DNA of 64,000 bases from Candidatus Babeliales bacterium (lineage in GTDB: Bacteria; Babelota; Babeliae; Babelales; Vermiphilaceae): positions 32,001-96,000 of the forward strand of contig CAVUQO010000002.1 of NCBI GenBank assembly GCA_963743635.1. The letters are read 5' to 3'. Position 1 is the stretch's first letter, and each line of letters opens with the position of its first letter. A program made the position numbers and the translations under genes. Of this stretch, positions 10,791 through 19,003 are shown piece by piece. The notes under the pieces were generated by a model that saw only the letters and a program-made list of their open reading frames with translations, did no database searches and was not told the DNA's origin.

Positions 10791-11240
10791 ATGATAAATC
10801 GATTTAAGGCGGCATGCCTCCGTATTTTAAAAACCGAGCGTTCTCTTGGCACGCTGACGGCTTCATGCTGTGTTGGTATTTTTATGGCATTTTGCCCTTT
10901 TTTGGGCAAAACCTTGCTCATTCTTGGGGCGTCTCCCTTATTGGGCTTGAATGCGCCGGTTGTCCTTATTACCTGCACGTTCATTTATAATCCTTGGAGT
11001 GCAGTTCCTGTGTATCTTTTTGGGTATTGGTTTGGCCAATGGCTGCTGACTGGCATGGATGTGGCTGCGTGGGATCCGTCCTGGTTGAGTTCATTTACGC
11101 AATCTTTAGGTCTGAGCAACGTCAACTTGCTGCCCTTATTGGTTGGCTGCAATGGGTTAGGCATCTTGTTAGCCTGTGCCTTTTACCCCCTCATTCGCTG
11201 GGGCTTTGGGCGTTATTTCGAACGCGATAGCGCGCTATAG
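10791..11240 (+). CDS. DUF2062-like membrane protein
   Basis: GIFMAFCPFLG and YNPWSAVPVY pattern, hydrophobic. Confidence 0.7.
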   Translation: MINRFKAACLRILKTERSLGTLTASCCVGIFMAFCPFLGKTLLILGASPLLGLNAPVVLITCTFIYNPWSAVPVYLFGYWFGQWLLTGMDVAAWDPSWLSSFTQSLGLSNVNLLPLLVGCNGLGILLACAFYPLIRWGFGRYFERDSAL

Positions 11241-11342
11241 TCTGCGCAGCAATCTAGGCGTTCGCGATGTTTTTTGATACACTAGATTAGTGCTATTGAG
11301 TTACTAAGTGCGGTTAATTCCTAATTAAGAGTGTGCGATATC

Positions 11343-11792
11343 GTGAAGATTTTGGCCCAAAATAAAAAAGCTTTTCATGACTACGAAATCCTTGAGAAAC
11401 TCGAGGTAGGAATTGTGTTGCGTGGGGATGAGGTTAAATCTCTTCGTGCCGGCAGCGCATCCCTTATTGGCGCTTTTGCAACCATTCATAACGGCGAACT
11501 CTTTATGATTAATGCCAATGTTCCCGTCTATGAACGCGCATATTCCAAAGATGCTGATCCTACGCGTACCCGTAAATTATTATTGCATAAGCGGCAGTTG
11601 AACCGCTTAATTGGCGACATTTCCCGCAAAGGCATTACGGTCGTACCATTACGCATGTATCTCAATGATAAGGGTAAAATCAAGGTAGAGCTTGGCATCT
11701 GTAAAGCCAAAAAAGCAGCAGGTAAAAAGCAGGAATTGCGCGAACGGGATATCAATCGCCAAACGCAACGGGAGCTCAAAGGGGGCTATTAG
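11343..11792 (+). CDS. smpB: SsrA-binding protein
   Basis: NKKAFHDYEILEKLEVGIVLRGDEVKSLR, RTRKLLLHK. Confidence 0.98.
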   Translation: MKILAQNKKAFHDYEILEKLEVGIVLRGDEVKSLRAGSASLIGAFATIHNGELFMINANVPVYERAYSKDADPTRTRKLLLHKRQLNRLIGDISRKGITVVPLRMYLNDKGKIKVELGICKAKKAAGKKQELRERDINRQTQRELKGGY

Positions 11793-11899
11793 AGGTGTAA
11801 CCTGCTCTTATTTAGCGCCTTATTGATCGATCTCAACCCGAATGGTTACAAATAATGAGATTTCTGGTACAATAAGGTTACTTATCTTTGAAGTTTTAC

Positions 11900-12261
11900 G
11901 GGGGCGTACTGGTTTCGACGTGTTAAAGAGAGCACGGAGAGCATGCCGAGCGTTGATTGAGTGCTCGTTAAACAATCTATCAAAAACAATAAGTGCAAAC
12001 GATACGTTTGTACCAGCTTTCGCGTAAGCGCTAGCTAGTCTTGTTTAGCACAACGTTTCTATCCGTTAGCTAAACTCGTATTACCCTAGATAGACCTGCC
12101 GTTGCCAGGATTTTTGGTAGCGTAGCGCGGCAGTATTACGAAACTGACCTATTGATAACGTTGGGTTTCCGGAGCAGTCAATTTGTATAAACGGAAAATA
12201 AGCGTGTAGTTGCTTTGTGCCTGCTATAATGCGGACATGGGTTCGATTCCCATCGCCTCCA
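11900..12261 (+). ncRNA. ssrA: tmRNA; tag (A)NDTFVPAFA* encoded at 11995-12027; CCA not encoded
   Basis: 5' GGGGGCGTACTGGTTTCGAC, 3' GGTTCGATTCCCATCGCCTCCA acceptor/T-arm, directly after smpB. Confidence 0.96.
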
Positions 12262-12610
12262 TTCATTTTTCAATCCTCGTAAGTTGAGAGCTTTCGTCGC
12301 AGCCGATAAAAATGAATGGCTGCGCCGCTTCTGATCAGAAAAACTTTAATAGTAAAAAAGACAGATCGGTGCCTGTTCTTCGTAGAACGAAGAGCCTAGT
12401 AGAACCACCTCTTCCAAAGAATTTACATGAATAAAATACCTGCAGTAGGCGCGCAAGCCTGATGTAGCTGGAAGCGTAGACAGGTAAATAAACCTTCTCT
12501 GGATCCAGCTTTTATCTGTTTGTTACGCGATTTGTCCTATTTCCTTAAAGTTCATTTTCTAGTATTATTGATACATGCATGGTTGTAAGACAAATGAATA
12601 AGGTATATCG

Positions 12611-13732
12611 ATGAATTTTGGCAAAAAGCTCCTGCTTTTTGGATTGCTTTTCTCTTCTATTGCGGCGGATCATGATTGGGTTGTACCCGATATCGAGGTG
12701 CCGACGGTGCCTATGGCGGCTCATGAGTGGGTATTGCCTGAAAATATCGATGTGCCGACTGTCTACTTCCCTGGTATTTCCTCTTCCTTTTTTACCCAAA
12801 TCGCGCGCTATACCGGAAAAGAAGGGTTTGTAACCCTCAATGGTGAGCATGTCTACTGCACAAAAGGCATTCACACAATCAAAAATCCTTGTCTTCTTGA
12901 GGCTGAGCCGGATGATGTAGAGCATCTCAAGCCCCTGAGGCTTTCTTGGTTTGCATTCTGTGATCCTCGAGTGAGTCTCAAGGTTTTGTGGAAGAAGCTC
13001 TATTTTCTGTCAACCGATTTAGATCGACGGAAATATGGCGTTAAGGTTGAAAACATATCGCCAGAAGAAAGTGTTCGCGCCCATTATGCCTCTTTTGCGA
13101 CGGTCAATTTTGCTCAAGATCGAGACATTCAAAATCATAAACGTAAATTTGATGTATGCGCTGAAGCTCATCCAGACGCCCCCAAGATTCTTTATGGGGT
13201 ATCGCGTGGTGCAGCCACTACGTTCCGCGCCTGCGCTCAGCATGCCGATGCATATCAAAATGTGCGGCTTGTAATTCTGGAAGGGTGTTTTGATGATATT
13301 CCGCATACCTTAAAAGCCCGCTTTCCAAACTTCTGTTCATTGCCGGGGATGCATAGCCTTTTGCATAATGTTCTTACCACAATAACCAGCTATAAAAAGA
13401 ATCACGGTTCTCCATTGGGTGACGTGGATCGTTTCCCCAAAGATTTGCCGGTCGTCTTTATCACCTCCGAGGCGGATGCAGTGGTGCCCTCAGAATGCAC
13501 CAAAAAATTGGTCACAGCGCTCGTTAATGCCGGCCACAAGCAAGTCTATCTCTTGACCTTGAAAGCTTCGTCTCATTCGAAATATATGATGGATAATGGG
13601 GAAGATGCTACCGCCTATCAAAATTTCATTCATGCCTTATATAAAAAGTATGATTTGCCCTATATTGCGGCTCATGCTGAGCAGGGCGAGGGGCTCGTCG
13701 AAGCCGCCTTGGTAATCGCGCCCGCAGCATAA
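12611..13732 (+). CDS. Secreted alpha/beta hydrolase
   Basis: Signal peptide; GVSRG nucleophile elbow, DAVVP Asp, SSHS His. Confidence 0.75.
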   Translation: MNFGKKLLLFGLLFSSIAADHDWVVPDIEVPTVPMAAHEWVLPENIDVPTVYFPGISSSFFTQIARYTGKEGFVTLNGEHVYCTKGIHTIKNPCLLEAEPDDVEHLKPLRLSWFAFCDPRVSLKVLWKKLYFLSTDLDRRKYGVKVENISPEESVRAHYASFATVNFAQDRDIQNHKRKFDVCAEAHPDAPKILYGVSRGAATTFRACAQHADAYQNVRLVILEGCFDDIPHTLKARFPNFCSLPGMHSLLHNVLTTITSYKKNHGSPLGDVDRFPKDLPVVFITSEADAVVPSECTKKLVTALVNAGHKQVYLLTLKASSHSKYMMDNGEDATAYQNFIHALYKKYDLPYIAAHAEQGEGLVEAALVIAPAA

Positions 13733-13857
13733 TCATTTCACTGGGAGTGATTCCACCTCGAATTGTTTACGTCTTCAAAACTATGGACATACGTGTTCCG
13801 CTTGCGGCATAGTCTTGAAAAGTATGAATGTAAAAAATAGTGAAAAGGAAAGAAAGT

Positions 13858-14418
13858 ATGATCAAAAAAATAATAATTATAATCATCATTCTGGTTTGTA
13901 TTGCGGGCGTATTGTGGTTCGTGCGTAAACATACTGGTCTGCGAGGGTTGGCGCCAAAAGCAGTAGCTACTACGAGCACCACATTGAGTAATTTACCTCA
14001 CTTTGCACCCTTAAATGCGGGGCGCATGGGGCGATCTGCTCAGCGCACACCGAGTAAATGTGGTTGGGGTACTTTGACGGTATATGTTAACGGGGCTCCC
14101 ACAGAATTTAAAGATGTTAAAATATGGGTTGGGCATAAGGACGCGCAGGTCAAGACATGGGATTGGGGGCTGACCAACACGCGTCATGTACCAGGGATTC
14201 AGATCGCTGATTTGCAGGAATTCATTGACCAGGTGGACGAAGTGATTCTTACTCGTGGGGTTGAATCAGTTTTGCAGGTTCCTCAAGAAACGATCGACTA
14301 TGTGCAGTCTCAGGGGAAGATATGCCATGTGGGCACAACCCCGGAGATGGTCGAGCTCTATAATCAGCTCGTGGATGCAGGCAAAAAGGTGGGTGGCGTA
14401 TTTCACTCTACCTGTTAA
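13858..14418 (+). CDS. Mth938/AAMDC-like protein with N-terminal membrane anchor
   Basis: WDW..TRHVPGIQ, YNQL, VGGVFHSTC C-terminus; IIIIIIILVCIAGVLWF anchor. Confidence 0.8.
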   Translation: MIKKIIIIIIILVCIAGVLWFVRKHTGLRGLAPKAVATTSTTLSNLPHFAPLNAGRMGRSAQRTPSKCGWGTLTVYVNGAPTEFKDVKIWVGHKDAQVKTWDWGLTNTRHVPGIQIADLQEFIDQVDEVILTRGVESVLQVPQETIDYVQSQGKICHVGTTPEMVELYNQLVDAGKKVGGVFHSTC

Positions 14419-14478
14419 ATCAGGGTAAAATTCAGGTCATAAGGGGCTGAAAAAATAGCTATAGCTCAGAGTAATTAC

Positions 14479-14518
14479 GGGCGAGGAAATACACATTTTC
14501 CTCGCCCATACGTTTTTT
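14479..14518 (+). terminator. Intrinsic terminator
   Basis: gggcgaggaaa/tttcctcgccc stem, T run. Confidence 0.65.
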
Positions 14519-14675
14519 AAGGCCACTTTTATAGCTTCATTGTCGCAATAGCACGTCTGAATGCGGGCGTTTGTGGCTACTACTGTTTTAAGGCATACTT
14601 AAAGCTATATATGAATATTTTAATAAAAATAGCTCTAATATGTGTTTGAAGTGTCATAAAATGGAAGGAATTATT

Positions 14676-16142
14676 ATGAAACGTATATTTTTAAAAATTA
14701 TTGCCCTGATAGCCACTTTGGCTGTAGGGAATGCGCAGGCTATGGATATTTCTGGCTGGTATGCTCGGACATCGCAAGCGGTTGTTGATACCTATAATCA
14801 CTATCGATATGGCAGCGAAATATATCAAGATGCTGAAAAAAGACGCGAGGACTCAATGTGGCTTTTAGATCGGTCTTATGCCAAGATTAAAATGCAATAC
14901 TGGAATAATCAGATTACATTAGCTGATCAGGCCATTGCGATTCAGGAGCTCGATCAAAAAAGAATTGATTCATTTAATAAGAACCGTAATGGAATAGGAC
15001 TATCACCTAATGCCGTTATTACTGACGAGCAATATAGGGTCCTTACTAGAAGTAAAGCAGCATCAGAGCAGGAAATTGAGCGTTTAAAAAAAGAAAAAAG
15101 AAATGCAGAGGCGGGAAAGAAATCGTTAAAAGTAGATTTGCTAAAGAAAGATCCTGCGTTCCTTGCATTACATTTAAATGAAAATCAAAAATTATTTTCA
15201 TGGAACAACCTTAGATATACAGTTGCTGCGCAATGGGAATCACTTTTCGGATGGTTTACCACTGATATAGTCGCCTTAGCTACTCAGTATAATCAAGATA
15301 AGCTTAAGTATAACAACCACGCCCTACGCGTTGAACGAAGCTACTACAATGGACTTACTGCGGCTTATGATGAAATGCATCGAGAATTAAGCAAAAAAAT
15401 GATACATTCTCTTGCCATTTGTCATCAAATATCTCAACAATCAAAAGGTACATGTGTAGATGAGATAACACACCTCAACCAATTTTTACACAATGATGTT
15501 AGTAAGTATGCCAATAAATATGCTCAAGAGATTGATCAAGCCAAACAGAGAGTTAATGCGATTACCGCAGAGCGTGAGAAGGATATTGAAATAATAAAAA
15601 CATTAAGAGGCGATGAAGAACCGACTATTTTTGGGGATACTTTTTTGACGACTGGCGATAAAACTGCCATTGCAACTGGTTTGGCGTTGGCCGCGTGTGT
15701 TGTATATCGTCGAAATATAATAAATGCCTTTACAAGATACCTGCCAAAAAGAGGGTTTAAGGGTACTGGAAAGCAAGAATCCGAACCAAAATCGGGTAAA
15801 AAAAACCAGGAAGGATCCAATAATGAAGCGCGCCAAGAGCGTGAACGTGAGCATCAACGTCAGTCAGATGCGTTTCAGGGAGCGCAGAAACAACAGAGCA
15901 GACACAATATGAGTGCTGAGGCTGTGAGTAAACTCGATACTAATGGGTTGTATGAATTATTTGAACTAAACCCTTCCGCAAGTAGCGCGGAGATACGGGC
16001 AAATAAGGAAAGAATTCATACTTTATTTCGTGAATTGTCCAAGCAGTATCATCCAGATGTGAATAACGATGGACACGCGCATGGCGCGATGAAGAAGATC
16101 AATGGTTTTTACCAAGATCTTAAGTCAAGAATGGATAACTAA
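14676..16142 (+). CDS. Secreted coiled-coil protein with a TM helix and C-terminal J (DnaJ) domain
   Basis: NAQA-MD signal; AIATGLALAACVVY TM; LYELFEL...FRELSKQYHPD...MKKINGFY. Confidence 0.8.
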   Translation: MKRIFLKIIALIATLAVGNAQAMDISGWYARTSQAVVDTYNHYRYGSEIYQDAEKRREDSMWLLDRSYAKIKMQYWNNQITLADQAIAIQELDQKRIDSFNKNRNGIGLSPNAVITDEQYRVLTRSKAASEQEIERLKKEKRNAEAGKKSLKVDLLKKDPAFLALHLNENQKLFSWNNLRYTVAAQWESLFGWFTTDIVALATQYNQDKLKYNNHALRVERSYYNGLTAAYDEMHRELSKKMIHSLAICHQISQQSKGTCVDEITHLNQFLHNDVSKYANKYAQEIDQAKQRVNAITAEREKDIEIIKTLRGDEEPTIFGDTFLTTGDKTAIATGLALAACVVYRRNIINAFTRYLPKRGFKGTGKQESEPKSGKKNQEGSNNEARQEREREHQRQSDAFQGAQKQQSRHNMSAEAVSKLDTNGLYELFELNPSASSAEIRANKERIHTLFRELSKQYHPDVNNDGHAHGAMKKINGFYQDLKSRMDN

Positions 16143-16166
16143 GATCTATTCAGCAAAACAAATTTT

Positions 16167-16196
16167 AGGCGAGGGGCAATGCTTCTCGCCTTTTTT
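16167..16196 (+). terminator. Intrinsic terminator
   Basis: aggcgagg/tctcgcct stem plus T run. Confidence 0.7.
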
Positions 16197-16279
16197 ATTT
16201 TGTTCGCCAGAGGCCATATGGTTGAGCAGAGAGAGTTAGGCGAATAAAATAATCCGAAGGAGCTGCGAGCGTAGACGGA

Positions 16280-16531
16280 TTATTGCGCTGAGTGATCATC
16301 TACCGGGCATCCGCAATAAAAACAAGTCTGGTTTTCGCAGTTCTTACAATATCGTTCTTTATTTTCTGTCATAATTCGCTTTAAGTCTTTTTGTGAATAG
16401 GTGCAATTGATCGCTTGCCGATTTACATGTTTGTGGTGCGGGTTATTGCAAGTCGCATGAATTTTGTGTGCTACGTACGGGCTCACCACGAACGAGATAG
16501 TAATGATTGTCCATATATAGAGGTTCTTCAT
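16280..16531 (-). CDS. Small Cys/His-rich exported protein
   Basis: AAGGA RBS, hydrophobic N-terminus, CKNC and CFYCGC motifs. Confidence 0.6.
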   Translation of the reverse strand: MKNLYIWTIITISFVVSPYVAHKIHATCNNPHHKHVNRQAINCTYSQKDLKRIMTENKERYCKNCENQTCFYCGCPVDDHSAQ

Positions 16532-16991
16532 TTTGCTTCCTTTGTCATATTTTGCACTTTAAACTTTTCCCTTTTTATTATTGTATTTCATGATACATGT
16601 TTCAATTTGAATAAGTAAAGAGTTTCATATGATGATATGTTTAAATATTTTTAATACAGCGTTTGTTGCAGTATAATTTCTGCGATTGTCATTTCGCTTG
16701 ATGAAAAAATGACGTAAATCTCATCAATTAAATTAGTTTTTAAATGATATTTTTAATGCTGCAAATATACGCAGTATATGTTTTTAATTTATGCCCGATT
16801 GGGAGCCGCTGTTCTATTTCGTCGAGTTCTATTTTGTCGAGTAGAATAAAAAATAAATAAACTATTGCTTTTTGTATAATGCGGGCGCTACAGTGGTGGC
16901 GTCTATCTGATCTTTGATTGATCCAAAGCGCGGGAGTAAACCTTGAGGGGTTGGTGGGGTTTTTAGGGACAAATGGAGGTTCCACGCTCCC

Positions 16992-17154
16992 GCGCGTCTA
17001 TTCACCTGAGATTATGCACCATAGTTAATAGACATAACTGAATAAGAAAGTCCGGCGTAATTTACCGAGCCGGAAGGCCCGGAACAAATGAAGCCTGGGC
17101 GCGTCTATTCACCTGAGATTATGCCCCATAGTTACTAGACATAACTGAATAAGA
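16992..17154. repeat. 56-bp direct repeat pair flanking a REP-like palindrome
   Basis: 16992-17047 and 17099-17154, 2 mismatches. Confidence 0.9.
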
Positions 17155-17364
17155 CCCTTCGGCCCATTCGCCTCCTTCGTCAGGCTCAGGATGAGCGCCT
17201 TTAGCGCCTTTAGTTCTGAGCGAGTCGAAGAATCAGGGGCAGGATTAACGGGCCTGTCGGCCTAAAATGGCTTAGATAAGACGTTTTTTCATATAATGGA
17301 AATCATAAGCAGGCCTGCCCGACGTAGTTTGCCGAGCCTGAAGGCCCGGACAAACGTAGACGGG
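17155..17364. repeat. Cluster of REP-like palindromes
   Basis: cttcgtcaggctcaggatgagcg; cctttagttctgagcgag (also near 5118); cccgacgtagtttg...caaacgtagacggg. Confidence 0.7.
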
Positions 17365-17441
17365 TTGACTATTTTGATCAGTGTGATATCGTTTTTTTTA
17401 GTTAGATTCATCATTTTTCTATCATGTAAAGGGCACTCCTC

Positions 17442-18068
17442 ATGAATAAAAATATCAAAGCGTTATCACTCGCTCTTCTACTCAGTAATGCGGTTTTAGT
17501 GACTGTGGTTACTCGTGCAGATGCGCCAAAGCAAGTAGATAGTTTCAAAAAAAGTGATGTTAGTAAGCCAGTTGATGCCATCAAAGTTGGCGTAGTATCA
17601 GCAACAGAAATTATGATGGACACTGAAATAGGCAAAAAAGCTTCAGCAGACATTGATGCAACCCGTCAAAAGTACGCACAAGAAATACAGGCTGATGCGC
17701 AAAAGATCGAGAAGAAAGATAAAGATCTTATCGCTAAAGCGCCAACCATGAGCGAATCTTCAAAGCGCACAGCATCATTGGAAATTGAAAACGACAAAAA
17801 AGCTCTTGAACTCAAGAATCAAAATTTGATGAAAGCGTTACAAGCGGATGCTCAAACTGCAATGGAAGATCTGGGCAAAAACTTTGATAAAGCGGTCACC
17901 AAAATTGCTCAAGAAACAAAAACTGATATGATTTTCGAAAAAGAATCAGGACGTATTGTTTATGCAAATCCTGAGTTGGACTTGACTAAAAACGTTAAAG
18001 TTTCAATGAACGCTGATTTTAAAGCAACGCAAGTCGCTGCAGCTAAGAAAGATAAAGCAACTGCTTAA
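17442..18068 (+). CDS. skp: Periplasmic chaperone Skp/OmpH family
   Basis: Signal peptide, KVGVVS..EIM, coiled coil, AVTKIAQE..DMIFE....YANPELDLT. Confidence 0.8.
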   Translation: MNKNIKALSLALLLSNAVLVTVVTRADAPKQVDSFKKSDVSKPVDAIKVGVVSATEIMMDTEIGKKASADIDATRQKYAQEIQADAQKIEKKDKDLIAKAPTMSESSKRTASLEIENDKKALELKNQNLMKALQADAQTAMEDLGKNFDKAVTKIAQETKTDMIFEKESGRIVYANPELDLTKNVKVSMNADFKATQVAAAKKDKATA

Positions 18069-18099
18069 TTCAGTCCTTTATCCATAAGACAAGACAAGA

Positions 18100-18138
18100 A
18101 ATAAAATAGGGTTGGCTTAATGCCAGCCCTGTTTTATT
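18100..18138 (+). terminator. Intrinsic terminator
   Basis: aataaaatagggttggc/gccagccctgttttatt. Confidence 0.75.
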
Positions 18139-18164
18139 ATGGGTTAAAAATCTAGATCGAGCGT

Positions 18165-18725
18165 ATGGGGAATTTCATGAAACCCGTTCCATTATCACCA
18201 CTAACCATCAAAGCAATCATTGGTCTGGGTAATCCCGGACCCAAATATCACAATCATCGGCACAATATTGGTTTTCGCGTTCTTGATGCGCTTGCCGAAC
18301 GCCATGGCGGTTCGTGGCAGACGAAAGATAATGCGGAAATTGCGCAGGTGATGATCAATAATCAGCGCGTCTTGCTGATAAAGCCACTAACTTTTATGAA
18401 TGATTCAGGAAGAGTCATTCCCCCACTTTTAAAACAGGGAATTAAAGCCGAAAATATTTTGGTAGTTCACGATGAGCTTGAAAAGCCATTTGGCAACATT
18501 GGCATCCGCATTGGCGGGAGTGCTAAGGGCCATAATGGGCTACGTTCAATTATTGGAGCATGCGGCCCCGATTTTGCCCGCTTGCGATTCGGCATCGGCC
18601 GACCAGACCATAAAGAGGATGTGCCGAATTATGTGCTTTCTAATTTTGTTGAACCGCAGGCAAACCAGGTGCAACACATTCAAGCAGCAGTGGATATGAT
18701 TGACCAGCTATTTGAGAATTTATAA
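18165..18725 (+). CDS. pth: Peptidyl-tRNA hydrolase
   Basis: GLGNPG, RHNIGF, KPLTFMNDSG, VVHDEL, GHNGLRS. Confidence 0.98.
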   Translation: MGNFMKPVPLSPLTIKAIIGLGNPGPKYHNHRHNIGFRVLDALAERHGGSWQTKDNAEIAQVMINNQRVLLIKPLTFMNDSGRVIPPLLKQGIKAENILVVHDELEKPFGNIGIRIGGSAKGHNGLRSIIGACGPDFARLRFGIGRPDHKEDVPNYVLSNFVEPQANQVQHIQAAVDMIDQLFENL

Positions 18726-18740
18726 TTCAATGATTCACAC

Positions 18741-18778
18741 AAAAAGAGCGATGTTTTTTAGGACGCCGCTCTTTTTTT
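18741..18778. terminator. Bidirectional terminator between pth and alaS
   Basis: aaaaagagcg/cgctcttttt. Confidence 0.7.
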
Positions 18779-18810
18779 ACTCTAAATGTCTGTTTTACTT
18801 TACCTGATTG

Positions 18811-19003
18811 TTTTTTACCCACTCGAGAATCTCATCTTTCAAACGAGGCTCAATTTTAGGGCCGCCAGTCTTCGCTAATACTTCGAAGTGCAGCCTCAGG
18901 GAGTGTTTTGCTTCGTCGGGCAGGCTTATCATTTTTTCTCTTGATGTTTTTTTACCCACTCGAGAATCTCATCTTTCAAACGAGGCTCAATTTTAGGGCC
19001 GCC
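18811..19003. repeat. Exact 56-bp duplication of the alaS 3' end flanking a REP-like palindrome
   Basis: 18811-18866 identical to 18948-19003. Confidence 0.92.

Noticed and set aside
11842..12266. 61-aa ORFs at 11842-12027 (+) and 12081-12266 (-)
   Set aside because: They overlap tmRNA; the first simply ends in the tag reading frame.
16992..17154. Mini CRISPR array
   Set aside because: Only two 56-bp copies, the spacer is itself a dispersed palindromic repeat, and no cas genes are in the window.
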